Shown here one piece after another: positions 46,901-55,896 of a DNA stretch of 64,000 nucleotides. Within the stretch, counting starts at the first letter, position 1, and each line of letters starts with the position of its first letter. The position numbers and the translations under genes are program-made. Origin of the DNA: a virus; the IMG/VR virus record IMGVR_UViG_3300043496_000175, positions 1 to 64,000 of that record; one strand, written 5' to 3'. The notes below the pieces were generated by a model. The model was not told the DNA's origin. It ran no database searches and was given only the letters and a program-made list of their open reading frames with translations.

Positions 46901-48243
46901 GGATCAAGACCAAGGCCGAAGAGATCTGGAACGGGATCAAGGACTTCTTCGGCGGCATCTGGAACGGTGTCTCTGAAGCAGCCACTGAGGCCTGGGACAT
47001 CATCACCACTGAGCTGTCCGAGAAGTGGGAGGGTGTCAAGACCAAGGCGTCGGAGATCTGGAATGGGATCACCGAGTTCTTCTCTGGTATCTGGGATGGC
47101 ATTGCCACCAAGGCATCTGAGGTGTGGGAGACCGTCTCCACCTTCCTGTCGGAGAAGTGGGAGAGTATCCGTCTCGCGGCCGAGACAGCCTGGAACACCA
47201 TCACCACGTTCTTCGCCGGTATCTGGGACGGTATCTCTGCCAAGGCCAGTGAGGTGTGGGACACGATCACCACCTTCCTCAGTGAGAAGTGGGAAGGGAT
47301 CAGGGTTGCCGCTGAAACGGTCTGGAACACTGTCTCAACCTTCTTCACCACCAAGTGGAACGAGATCTCAGCTACCTTCCATTCGATCGTTGATCCCCTG
47401 GTTGATTGGCTTGGGCAGCGGTGGAACGACATCAAGGCTGCAGCGGAGACAGTCTGGAACAACATTTCGTCGTTCTTCTCGACCAAGTGGACTGAGATCA
47501 CCAACATCTTCCACACTGCAGTGGAAGCGGTGAAACAATGGCTCTCTGATCGCTGGGAAGACATCAAGAGCGCTGCGCAGACGGCGTGGGACACTCTTTC
47601 TGGTCTTGCACGTACAGCCTGGGAGAACGTCAGTAAGGCCATTCATGAGGTTGTGGATCCGATTCTCGGATGGCTGTCCGAGCGTTGGGAAGACATCAAG
47701 AGCGCCGTCACCACAGCGTTCGATGCTCTTGCTGGCCCGGTACGTGCTGCGTGGGACGCGGTTTACAGTGCCATCGTGGAGCCAGTTGTCAACGCTTTCA
47801 CTACTTTGAACGGGTGGATCACTAGCATCAAGGAACTGATCCAAGGAGCTTGGGACTTCGTCACCGGCAAGGTGGACGACATCAACGCCAAGATCGGTGA
47901 GGCTGCCACAGCGCAAGCTGAGTTCAACGCTGCGCACCCCGGAGGAGACGCTGGTATCTTCGCACCAGCCGCTGCCGAAGGCGGCATCCTCCGCCCAACG
48001 CCGGGTGGACAGATGGTGCGCGTGGCGGAGGCCGGGCAGGCCGAACGTATCGAGCCACTGGATGCCACCGGCCTGTCGCAGCGTGACCACGCCATCATCG
48101 AGAAACTCAGCGGAGCTGTCGGCGGCGGCAACACCATCATCGTCAAGATCGGGGAGACCGAGCTGACTCAGATCGTTGACACCCGCGTCGTCCGAAACAA
48201 TGAGCGCACGGGCAGAAGCCTGCGGAACGGAGTGCGGGTCTGA
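43909..48243 (+). CDS. tape measure protein
   Basis: 1444 aa; VVGEAVVR start; long 11-residue Trp-periodic repeats (about 46400-47870); AEGG..VAEAG.AE.I.PL C-terminus. Confidence 0.95.
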   Translation: MVVVGEAVVRLRVISDRLASDIREAVKKGLSDANADIDAEGEKAGDSFGEGVKKGIRKQTKKIGKEIELTARRFTADASGVIDDEGDRLGRQFTTSISKGLSDSGGWAEVVRVTQENFERVSENVRTVGEDAGKSYTDGVRRQLTAGMKEIGPGIQDDVRRAFHMRPGDIDDDGEIAAQGFGDGIDKGLRSRFAKVRQSVDDMANDMASRLGNNYRSFQDFGSKAATNVRDSFRNQMKEVRQSIKDEFTGITRNLRLGLPDFDRVGREAGEATTRGVRRGLLRDRATMFKAFSGLGGDFMRHFNLGIGAARMGPAIISLVALAAPSVLSAAAGLATALGAQLVSGIAALGPAVAGAGGVAAAGLATLALNVGLVMAAFKAGNPEIDAATEKLKGLGKVLGTPIANGMAKGFTSFVDDLGSVLPQINDLLAETGAAFGRVFTKLGETIKSGDNLDRIRGILATNNSFIDKFGDGLAGLTTSFLILWDAAKPFIDAIGNAIAQFGTWAQATLEAKEANGELASFMETTLARFKEVASSIGDVLVGLYNIGKAAEPFGRSMGDLSEKFRAWTESDTGQEKMTKFFEKAHILAGGLADMFSGIGSAFANAFINIDPGPILEVFRIIGDKMAPALAELWNQVQSGAGQNLVKIFDNLATALQKIADNGSFEIIAKFISDMLVKISEFIASDFGATIAGWLIPLTLFGGLFTSLIGPITTVLGLLSGPALAVAAVIAAIAGFFVLVWTQSEAFRTSIEGLVTTLGGTFSSIWDEIWPKVQRLWEVVVKLAQAVGDRLGPVIEFLTPIIAAAFETLGTIFGFIIDHVTEVIDFVANILNGDWAAAWDNVVAIVQNVWDLLVDLFGDIIAGIGEWFGKIPEVLGGVWERIEDGAVKAWEDLLTWLEGIWNDIVAAATQIWSNITGFFSGIWNDIVVAAEQVWTNITDSFSKGWEGLKSFFSTLGGELRKIWDVIWAFAVLPLEITWNLIMLIWNGIKDGLFEAWNWIKTKAEEIWNGIKDFFGGIWNGVSEAATEAWDIITTELSEKWEGVKTKASEIWNGITEFFSGIWDGIATKASEVWETVSTFLSEKWESIRLAAETAWNTITTFFAGIWDGISAKASEVWDTITTFLSEKWEGIRVAAETVWNTVSTFFTTKWNEISATFHSIVDPLVDWLGQRWNDIKAAAETVWNNISSFFSTKWTEITNIFHTAVEAVKQWLSDRWEDIKSAAQTAWDTLSGLARTAWENVSKAIHEVVDPILGWLSERWEDIKSAVTTAFDALAGPVRAAWDAVYSAIVEPVVNAFTTLNGWITSIKELIQGAWDFVTGKVDDINAKIGEAATAQAEFNAAHPGGDAGIFAPAAAEGGILRPTPGGQMVRVAEAGQAERIEPLDATGLSQRDHAIIEKLSGAVGGGNTIIVKIGETELTQIVDTRVVRNNERTGRSLRNGVRV

Positions 48244-49793
48244 TGCTAAGGATTGACAAGACCGAGATCAGGGGTCTGGTACGGGTATCAGGCATCGTCC
48301 CCAACGGAACACTGCGCGTGGAACGTTCAGTTCCGGGATCGGCACCGTTCGTGCTGCGGAACGCCGGTTCGATCATCGTGACTGACCAGGGGTTCTCCCT
48401 GGAAGACAGTGAGGCACCCATAGGGGTGCCGGTCACCTACACAGCGTTTGACCGGCCCGGGGTGTGGCCAGGAGAGCACCTCGATGAGCGTCTGGTGCAA
48501 CGGAACTACGTTCTCACTCCGACGCTGTCTCATGGTCAGCAGAGCTGGACACCGGGAGCGGCCAGAACCTTCAGCATCAGTGGAGCCAACGGATTAATCG
48601 GAGCCAACGCCAGCGGCACCGGTATCAGTGGCCGGACAATCGCGGAAGTCGGTGTCGCGCAACTGAAATCAAACACCACTTACTTGGTAACCGGGTTGGT
48701 GAAGTTCAAGACACCTGATGTTTGGACCTGGCAGGACGTGAAGAGTTTCGGAACTTGGGCTGCGGTAAAAGCTGCCAAAGCCAACTGGCAGGCTGTCATG
48801 TCTTCGGTTCCCAGTGGCACATCCGGGACGGACCTGGCTCAGATGTCGATCAGCCTGTCCAACGGGACCACGGATTATGTGACTCCTGTTGTGGCGTACA
48901 CGATCCCCCTGTCCCGTAGTAACGAGTTTGTGCATGTTTCGATCATGTTCACCACCCCGTTCACCATCCCACCGAGTGCCCGGCTGCGGCTGCTCCATGG
49001 GACCAGCACCCGTGAGAAGTCGATGACGTGGGAGGTCACCCAGTTTTCCATCATGACCGCCGCTGATGCTGCCAAGGAGTGGCGTCTGGCATACATGGAC
49101 GGGGACACCCCGGTCCCGCCGCGAGCAGCGGATTACATCGTGCAGAACAATGATTGGGAAGACCGGAGCGGAGACGCTTACATCGTCTGGGATGGGGTGC
49201 CTGGTAACTCCGGTTCCAGATTCATGGGTCCGTCGTACATCTCAACTTCTGCTACTACGACGCTTTACCCTCCGACTGGTACCCCGTGCTCTCCGGTGCT
49301 GCTATCGGATCCGGTTAACAGTGCGCTGGCACTGTGGTTTGGGCTGGCCGCGATCGATGACCTCAACTATGCCGCCAGAGCTGCCATCTTGTCGGTGATC
49401 AATCGGCCGGACTACATCAACTCTTCCTCGGTGCGGCAGACCGCTGATGGCGGGATCCAGTTGTTCACCAACACGCTGAAGGAACGGAGCGTGGCGCTGA
49501 CCCTGTTCCGTCCTGGCCGAGTACTGCTGCTGCGGAACCCTGATCCGGCTTACCCCGAGAACATGTGGTACCTGGGGATCGGCAATGTCACCGAGAGCCG
49601 CACCATCGGTGATGATGCCCGGCGGCCAGAACGGACCTGGGACGTGCCATTCGCCGTGGTGGAACGGCCAACCGGTCTGATTGAAGCCAGTTCCGGAACT
49701 ACCTGGCAGCAGATCAAGAACTCGGGCAAGACCTGGGCAGATCTGCGAGTTGATCACGCTGACTGGCTGGCTGTTACTTTGGACGCTCCATGA
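48243..49793 (+). CDS. minor tail protein (distal tail-like with inserted carbohydrate-binding-like domain)
   Basis: D.EAPIGVPVTY N-terminus, LSDP..G.VLLLR..TW..; follows tape measure. Confidence 0.75.
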   Translation: MLRIDKTEIRGLVRVSGIVPNGTLRVERSVPGSAPFVLRNAGSIIVTDQGFSLEDSEAPIGVPVTYTAFDRPGVWPGEHLDERLVQRNYVLTPTLSHGQQSWTPGAARTFSISGANGLIGANASGTGISGRTIAEVGVAQLKSNTTYLVTGLVKFKTPDVWTWQDVKSFGTWAAVKAAKANWQAVMSSVPSGTSGTDLAQMSISLSNGTTDYVTPVVAYTIPLSRSNEFVHVSIMFTTPFTIPPSARLRLLHGTSTREKSMTWEVTQFSIMTAADAAKEWRLAYMDGDTPVPPRAADYIVQNNDWEDRSGDAYIVWDGVPGNSGSRFMGPSYISTSATTTLYPPTGTPCSPVLLSDPVNSALALWFGLAAIDDLNYAARAAILSVINRPDYINSSSVRQTADGGIQLFTNTLKERSVALTLFRPGRVLLLRNPDPAYPENMWYLGIGNVTESRTIGDDARRPERTWDVPFAVVERPTGLIEASSGTTWQQIKNSGKTWADLRVDHADWLAVTLDAP

Positions 49794-50896
49794 TCAAATG
49801 TTCTCAGCTTTTGAGAGACTCCGCTGCCTACTCGCAGACCACCAAGCTCGTGGTGGACATTCTGCAAGGCAACACGGTGGTGTTCCCGGACGTCCCGGTA
49901 CTACCTGGATCCTGCAAGATCTCCCAGGACCGAGGGTCCAAGACCAGGATGACGTGTGACGTCTCAGTGATCCTGGCCAACCGTCCAGATCTGAACATCA
50001 CCAACACTTCTCACCGATTCTCAGTGCGGCGGGGGTTCCAGAGCCTGGGAGTGGCGGAGACGATCAAGCACGGGATCTTCCGGATCGATGACATCAATTA
50101 CAACGACGACGGCACCATCGACATCGCCGGATCCGGCCTTGAGGCCTACGTTATCGATGCCCGATTCCCGACTCCACGCACTCCTCCCTACGGGCTGTCA
50201 ACGATCGAGTACATCAAGACGTTGATCACCGAAGTGCTTCCAGGGCAGATGATCTCGGTGGAATGCTCTAAAGACAAAATCATTCAAGCGCGGGCTCCTT
50301 GGAAGTTGGAGCGGTGGGACGCGATCGAATCCTTGGCGCAGAGCATCGAAGCTGAAGTCTTCGCTGACTACCGGGGTCTCTTCGTTATCCGGGACATTCC
50401 CACGGTTGCCCCTGATCGCCCAGCGGTCTACACCATCAGAGAAGGTGTAGGCGGCACGCTGATGGGACGGAAACGGAAGGTAAGCCGGGACAAGGTCTAC
50501 AACGCCATGGTGTGTTCCGGGCAGTCCTCGGATCAAAAGGTCCCGCCGGTGTGGGCGATGGCGATCGACAACGACCCCACCAGCCCAACCTATTACTACG
50601 GCCCGTTCGGTCAGGTGCCAAAGTTTTTCTCTTCACAGTTTTTCACTACCTACGACCAGTGCCTGGCATCAGCCAAGCGGCAACTGGTGGAAGCGCTCGG
50701 AGCTAACGAGCAGCTGTCAGTACAAGCGCTTCCGCTGACGTTCCTCGAACCGGGAGACCTGATCAACGTTGAAGTCACCAAAGGCGTGATGCTTCGCCGG
50801 ATCTTGGAGAAAATCTCGTTCGTGGCGGACTATGACGCAGCCGTGGACATCGACACGCTGTCACCCAAAGATCTCTCAGAGGTGGAGGAAGGATGA
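49790..50896 (+). CDS. minor tail protein (DUF5047-like hub)
   Basis: GIFRI, RWDAI..LA, VYN..G, SPTY..GPFG.VP.F.SS, LEPGD. Confidence 0.8.
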   Translation: MIKCSQLLRDSAAYSQTTKLVVDILQGNTVVFPDVPVLPGSCKISQDRGSKTRMTCDVSVILANRPDLNITNTSHRFSVRRGFQSLGVAETIKHGIFRIDDINYNDDGTIDIAGSGLEAYVIDARFPTPRTPPYGLSTIEYIKTLITEVLPGQMISVECSKDKIIQARAPWKLERWDAIESLAQSIEAEVFADYRGLFVIRDIPTVAPDRPAVYTIREGVGGTLMGRKRKVSRDKVYNAMVCSGQSSDQKVPPVWAMAIDNDPTSPTYYYGPFGQVPKFFSSQFFTTYDQCLASAKRQLVEALGANEQLSVQALPLTFLEPGDLINVEVTKGVMLRRILEKISFVADYDAAVDIDTLSPKDLSEVEEG

Positions 50897-51588
50897 GTCT
50901 TTACCTCACCCAACTCGCCGCCATGGGCGGTCCGAAGCTGGAATGGATCCAGGCCCGGGTCTTCTCCATCATCGGCGGGGACATCACGTTGACCTACGGC
51001 AACGGGCAAATTCGGTTCGCTGCTTGTCTGGCGTCCTACACGCCCGTGGCGGGTGACTACGTGCACTGCTTGAGTTTGGAAGGCCAAGGCGTACTGATCT
51101 TGGGGAAGGCCAGTGCTACCGGGTCCACGCCGCCGCCGGAAATTGCCCAGGCACCGGTGGTCTACACACCAGTGAGTCTGGCTACCTGGGATGCCACCTT
51201 CAATACGTGGGTACCCGATACGTTGCTGCAGGGACCCACCACCACGGGCATCTGGTTCTACTCCCCCACCACATTTGCCTCCATGGCAGGCAAGACCATT
51301 CAGAAGGCCGAACTGGAAGTCACGAGGACCTCCGGCGGTCCGTTGGAGATCACCCCACACCTGATCAGCAACACTACTGGCGGTCTTGTGCTGTCAGACG
51401 ATCCACCGATTCTGCCCACGGACCCTGCTGCCAACGTGGCCACCTGGGTCCCGATCCCCTTGGGCTGGGCAACTGACCTGGTCAATGGCACCATCAAGGG
51501 ATTCGCCATCACCGCTAGCTACGAACAGACCGGTGTTTACTCCGGCGGTGGCAGGGTGCGTTTGACGCCGCTATCTGTGACGATATGA
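50893..51588 (+). CDS. minor tail protein
   Basis: LASYTP.AGD.V..LILG (OB/spike-like), QG..G.WFY, IPLGWA..L..G. Confidence 0.7.
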   Translation: MSLYLTQLAAMGGPKLEWIQARVFSIIGGDITLTYGNGQIRFAACLASYTPVAGDYVHCLSLEGQGVLILGKASATGSTPPPEIAQAPVVYTPVSLATWDATFNTWVPDTLLQGPTTTGIWFYSPTTFASMAGKTIQKAELEVTRTSGGPLEITPHLISNTTGGLVLSDDPPILPTDPAANVATWVPIPLGWATDLVNGTIKGFAITASYEQTGVYSGGGRVRLTPLSVTI

Positions 51589-51609
51589 GTATTGACGGAA
51601 GGAACCACC

Positions 51610-52353
51610 ATGAAGCTGCTTGAGGCCGCGCAGGTCAACCAGGGGTCCGAGCGTTGGACCAGTGGGTACAACTCCACGGCGCGGGAGTGTGGTGTCAACC
51701 TGCGGCTCACCGATGCCTGCGAAGAGACCAGCGTTGACCTGGTGGGCACCGATGCATCCGAAGCCAGCGCGTACCACGTCAATCCGTTCTCCATCGAGGC
51801 CCAGCTCAACCGCAGCGTGCTGTGTGAGCGGCCGGATGACCAGGCATGGGTGGAGAAGGCACTGGAAGCCAACCTCGAATACCCGCTGAGTCGGGCCCTG
51901 GTGATCCAGCCGATCGCTGAGACGGATTCCTGGCTCAACCACGCCGACGTCCAAGAGGTTGCTCTGGCTGGGAACACCGCAGACAACTACCGGACAGCCG
52001 TGGTGGCCGCCCGCAAGCTCTGGTACGAATCAGTCCTGAGCCTGGAGGGCCAGCCGATCTTCCACGTCCCGCCGAGCATCGCGCCGATCCTGGTCACCGC
52101 CGGTGTCCTGCAGATCGACGGCGGAGGCAAGGCCGTCACCATCTGGGGTGAACCGGTGGTGATCTCCAACGGCTATGAGATGAGCACACCACGGGCGTTC
52201 TTCACCGGGCCGATCAAGATCGAGTACACCTCGGTGCAGAGCAACGACATCCTGCGGCACGCCCGGATGAACAATTCCTCCATCGTGGCCAACGTCCTGG
52301 CCATCGTGGACACACCGCCGTGCGCCATCGTCCGAATTGGTGACTACGCCTAA
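51610..52353 (+). CDS. putative capsid pentamer/second capsid-fold protein
   Basis: PFSIE..C, L...LE..L, P.FHVP, T.WG.PVV..GY..TGP pattern of the partner proteins of this capsid type; GAAGGA RBS. Confidence 0.5.
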   Translation: MKLLEAAQVNQGSERWTSGYNSTARECGVNLRLTDACEETSVDLVGTDASEASAYHVNPFSIEAQLNRSVLCERPDDQAWVEKALEANLEYPLSRALVIQPIAETDSWLNHADVQEVALAGNTADNYRTAVVAARKLWYESVLSLEGQPIFHVPPSIAPILVTAGVLQIDGGGKAVTIWGEPVVISNGYEMSTPRAFFTGPIKIEYTSVQSNDILRHARMNNSSIVANVLAIVDTPPCAIVRIGDYA

Positions 52354-52382
52354 CTGTTGATCGAAACCGCTATACTCCGAAC

Positions 52383-52640
52383 ATGTTGAAGGCCATCGCC
52401 CCTCGTGAGAAGCCCTTCAACAAGGGACCCAGGACGCCGGTGGATCACATGATCATCCAGGTGCTGACCGAGAACGGCCCATCCGAACCGCGCACCATCC
52501 GGGATCTGATTCCGGATTCGGACCTGCAGTACATCCATGCACGGTTACGGCGGATGGTCAGTCGCGGGGCGATCCAGCAGGTCAAGACTCCTGGTGGCCC
52601 GCGCCGGGGCCCGGGATCCAGTCTCTACCAGCTGCCATGA
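52383..52640 (+). CDS. winged-helix DNA-binding protein
   Basis: IIQVL..GP..I..L..I.ARLRRMV.RG.I..LYQL; leaderless TATACT-N6-ATG. Confidence 0.65.
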   Translation: MLKAIAPREKPFNKGPRTPVDHMIIQVLTENGPSEPRTIRDLIPDSDLQYIHARLRRMVSRGAIQQVKTPGGPRRGPGSSLYQLP

Positions 52641-53110
52641 TCCGCACCGTCAGGGACGGGGAGCGGATCCTGCGATTCGAGGCTGACGTTATCGCCACCG
52701 CCAGCTCACATCGGCCAGGTGCACCGCGCTGGAGTGAGCTGGTGGTGTACCGGCTGCCGAGCCAGCAGTACGTCATCTCGAAGATAGGCCGATCGGTACT
52801 CGCGCACCGGCCGGACTGTGTCCGTGTCACCGGAGAGATGCCTACCTGGCTGGAAGCCGGGGAAGAGGCTCGCGTGCATCGCGAGCCCTGCCTTGAGTGC
52901 ATGCCGGACGTCGGGGACGCCATGGACCCACAAACCGTGCTGGAAGCCACCAGGTCCAAAGTTCTTCAAGCCAGGGACCCAGAACACCTGTATCGCGCCC
53001 TGATGAACAACAGAACCGGACGCCCTGCTCCAATCGTGTCATCAGTCCTACGGCAGCTCCGTGATCATGACTCTGCGTTCGCAGATTGGTCCGCTGTAAC
53101 AAGCGTGTAG
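52637..53110 (+). CDS. hypothetical phage protein
   Basis: VRDG.R.L.F..SS..RWSEL.VYR..YV..GRS..H..C. Confidence 0.7.
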   Translation: MIRTVRDGERILRFEADVIATASSHRPGAPRWSELVVYRLPSQQYVISKIGRSVLAHRPDCVRVTGEMPTWLEAGEEARVHREPCLECMPDVGDAMDPQTVLEATRSKVLQARDPEHLYRALMNNRTGRPAPIVSSVLRQLRDHDSAFADWSAVTSV

Positions 53111-53168
53111 CTGCCAGTAATCAGGGATACTTCGGCTGAAGACTTGTTTCAATGTCGAAGGAGCGCCA

Positions 53169-53762
53169 ATGGGCCGCATACGACGCTTCATTTTCGGCCA
53201 GCCGGGGTGGTCCGACTACCTCTTCCAGATACCTCCTAAGCAACCGGACGCCAGAGCCGTTTACCTCGCCGGGACTGGTTTGATCACCGCGATCCGGGGT
53301 GCGCAGACGGTGTGGGGCCAACCACCGCAAGCCTGGCTGTTTGTAGAACTTGGCTCGGTGTTCGTGCTGTTCTGGGGATGGGTCTGGATTGCGGTAGGTG
53401 TCATCACTCTTTTGGTGGCTGCCACGGGGCACCGACACCCCGACTGGGATCGACTCAGTGCATTCAGCATGCTGATGCTCTGGTTCGTCTGGGGTCTGAT
53501 CTACCTAGTTAGCGCATGGTTGGCTCCAACGAGTGACCGAAGGCTCATTGACCTGTATGCCGGTCTCGGGTTAATTTTCACGGGAATCATTCTGTCAGCC
53601 GGTGTTATCCAGGGCCTACGGAAGACTCACGAGATCTACCTGCGAGAGCAGTCCGAGAAGGCCCGGCGGGATCTTGAAGTCACTCTCATCGAGGTGACCA
53701 AGGAGAACGAGAGGCTCCGCTTGGACTGTGAGCACCTACGCAGGCCGGAGGTCGAGCTGTGA
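53169..53762 (+). CDS. four-TM membrane protein (lysis region)
   Basis: Four hydrophobic helices plus coiled-coil tail; GAAGGAG RBS. Confidence 0.7.
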   Translation: MGRIRRFIFGQPGWSDYLFQIPPKQPDARAVYLAGTGLITAIRGAQTVWGQPPQAWLFVELGSVFVLFWGWVWIAVGVITLLVAATGHRHPDWDRLSAFSMLMLWFVWGLIYLVSAWLAPTSDRRLIDLYAGLGLIFTGIILSAGVIQGLRKTHEIYLREQSEKARRDLEVTLIEVTKENERLRLDCEHLRRPEVEL

Positions 53763-54232
53763 CCTTTGAACAGGCAATCGCGATCATCGTCGTCGCCATC
53801 ATCACGGCGGCGGGGAGTATCTACGCAGCACGGAAGTCAGCGAAAAACGACCAGAACCGGATCAACCAGGCCATGGTCACGGTGCTCGGGGTGGAGCGCG
53901 AAAAGATCGCGGCGGAACTGGATCGGGCAACCATCCGGACCAACGCTACGAATGAGCAGTTGGAAAAGGTGGGGACCGACTTGAGAGCTGCGAAAGAAGA
54001 GTTGACCGAAGTCAGGATCACTCACAGGGAAGCCATAGCCGAGAAGGACGCCACGATCAGGGAACGTGACGCTACGATCCGGGAGGTACAGGCTCGTACC
54101 ATCGAGCTGGAAGCCATGTTGAACGCCTGCCGAACCGAGCTGGGACAGGTGCGTGCAGAGCTGCAGAACGCCTTGACGTTGATCCACCAGCAGGCGCAGC
54201 AGCTTCAAACGCAAAGGAACGGCCAGTCCTAG
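53759..54232 (+). CDS. single-TM coiled-coil protein (holin-associated)
   Basis: N-terminal TM then heptads; upstream of lysin. Confidence 0.7.
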   Translation: MTFEQAIAIIVVAIITAAGSIYAARKSAKNDQNRINQAMVTVLGVEREKIAAELDRATIRTNATNEQLEKVGTDLRAAKEELTEVRITHREAIAEKDATIRERDATIREVQARTIELEAMLNACRTELGQVRAELQNALTLIHQQAQQLQTQRNGQS

Positions 54233-54247
54233 CCAGGAGGCTCCGTA

Positions 54248-55378
54248 GTGTCTCTCGACCAGTGGCCAGCAGCGTTCAAAGCTGCTGGCCTTTCCGTACA
54301 GCTACACAACGGGTTCCCCAACACATCCAAACCGCAGGGCTCACTGAACAGCCCGCTGATGTCCTTGTATGTCCACCATGACGCCACCCCGGCTGGGCCG
54401 ACGCCCGGCGCGTTGAACTGGATCATTGACTCCTACAATTCCGGTTCTCCCAGCGCCCAGCTTTGGCTGGACACCTCGGGTGTCTGGCACTTCTGCGGAG
54501 CTGGAGTGGCCTCCCACGCCGGGGTGGTCCGGGGTGGGCTCACCAACCGGAACTCGGTGGGTGTGGAGACGGATCACACCGTCAACGAGTTGTACCCAGC
54601 ACCCATGATGTCCAGCCTACTCAAAGGCTGTGCAGTGGCTTGCAAGGTGGAGAAGCGGCAGGCGGATTTCATCACCTTCCACAAGATCGAAGCGTCTCCG
54701 CGAGGCCGCAAGCAGGACCCATGGCTCACCCAGGCCAGCAACACCCAAGCCAACTGGGACAAGGAGCTGGCCGATTTCCGCGCCAAGGTTCAGATCCTGA
54801 TCAGTACCGGCGGCAACATAGACATTCCCACTGGCCCCAACATCCCATCTGAAGGAGATTGGTTCGACATGGCAACGGAAGCGGATCTGGAACGGGTCGT
54901 TGACAAAAAGCTCCAGCAGTATGCTGCGCACTACGGTCGTGAGTCAGTCAAGGCACTGATCAATCAGCAGACGAACGCTACTGGACAGCCGGATTACTAC
55001 CCCTACGGTGACACCGCGAAGACGCAGATCGCTGACACAGTGTGGAACAAGGGCATTAAGTCTTCCGTGGACGGACAGACCTATTCGGCGGCCGGATACC
55101 TGGCGTCGAGTGATTGGCGCATCCAGGATATTCAGTCGCGGATGAGCACATTGTCCCGGGCTGAGTTGAATGAGGTTGCTCGGTGGATCGTTGCAGAACT
55201 TGATGGCGATGCTTCCACCACTACCACTGCGACGTACACCGTCAAGTCCGGCGACACCTTCACCAGCATCGCCACAGCTCACGGCATCAGCGTGGACCAG
55301 CTCAAGGAGCTGAATCCGAAGGTCACCGACATCAACAACATCAACCCTGGGGATGTTTTGAACGTCCCAAAAGCGTAG
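54248..55378 (+). CDS. endolysin: N-acetylmuramoyl-L-alanine amidase plus LysM
   Basis: VHHDA, SHAG, N..SVGVE, FHK..RKQDP; C-terminal YTVKSGDT..IA..G..L..LNP..I.PG..LNVP. Confidence 0.9.
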   Translation: MSLDQWPAAFKAAGLSVQLHNGFPNTSKPQGSLNSPLMSLYVHHDATPAGPTPGALNWIIDSYNSGSPSAQLWLDTSGVWHFCGAGVASHAGVVRGGLTNRNSVGVETDHTVNELYPAPMMSSLLKGCAVACKVEKRQADFITFHKIEASPRGRKQDPWLTQASNTQANWDKELADFRAKVQILISTGGNIDIPTGPNIPSEGDWFDMATEADLERVVDKKLQQYAAHYGRESVKALINQQTNATGQPDYYPYGDTAKTQIADTVWNKGIKSSVDGQTYSAAGYLASSDWRIQDIQSRMSTLSRAELNEVARWIVAELDGDASTTTTATYTVKSGDTFTSIATAHGISVDQLKELNPKVTDINNINPGDVLNVPKA

Positions 55379-55896
55379 AGCCCGCGATCGACAAGCGGGA
55401 CAAGTACCGGGCGCAAGTTGATCAAGCAGTCGAGGACTTCGGAAACCTGCGTCCCACCAAGTGGGGACCTTTGCCCAGGGCCCGCGCCAAGCGGATCTCC
55501 TACCGCACGATCTTCGCAGAGACTGACTGGCGGAACCTGGCGAACGCATCGGTGCCGGAGAGTTTGAACTACCCCAACGATGGGCAAGGCAAGGACAAGG
55601 ACTCAGTCGGGCTCTACCAGCAGCGTGCTCGCTGGTGGGGGACCACGATGGGTTCGATGGATCCGTACATCGCCACCACGCGGTTCCTGGACCGGATGCT
55701 GCAGAACGCGCCGAGCTGGTTCACCACCGATGAAGCGGAGGTAGCTCAGATGGTGCAGGGCTCGCAGTACGACGGCGTTACGATTGATCCCGTCACCCGA
55801 AAGCCTTACCCTTTTGCTCAGAATTACCGCGATCGGGATGCTCAGACGGCGGCGATGGAGCGGGACCTGAGCTACTACGGAAACGGGGGCAAGTAG
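55372..55896 (+). CDS. lysozyme-like domain, probably a -1 frameshift extension of the endolysin
   Basis: AE..NLAN..VPESL.YP.DG.G.D.DSVGLYQQR..WG..MDP..F..AQ.VQGS; frame opens through CCCAAAA at end of lysin. Confidence 0.75.
   Translation, partial: SVEPAIDKRDKYRAQVDQAVEDFGNLRPTKWGPLPRARAKRISYRTIFAETDWRNLANASVPESLNYPNDGQGKDKDSVGLYQQRARWWGTTMGSMDPYIATTRFLDRMLQNAPSWFTTDEAEVAQMVQGSQYDGVTIDPVTRKPYPFAQNYRDRDAQTAAMERDLSYYGNGGK

Noticed and set aside
46400-47870. Periodic TGG-containing repeats
   Set aside because: Explained by the 11-residue Trp repeats of the tape measure protein.
55471-55896. Independent gene starting at TTG 55471
   Set aside because: The only SD-like GGGGA is 3 nt from the codon, and the frame reads as protein back to the slippery site, so frameshift fusion is preferred.
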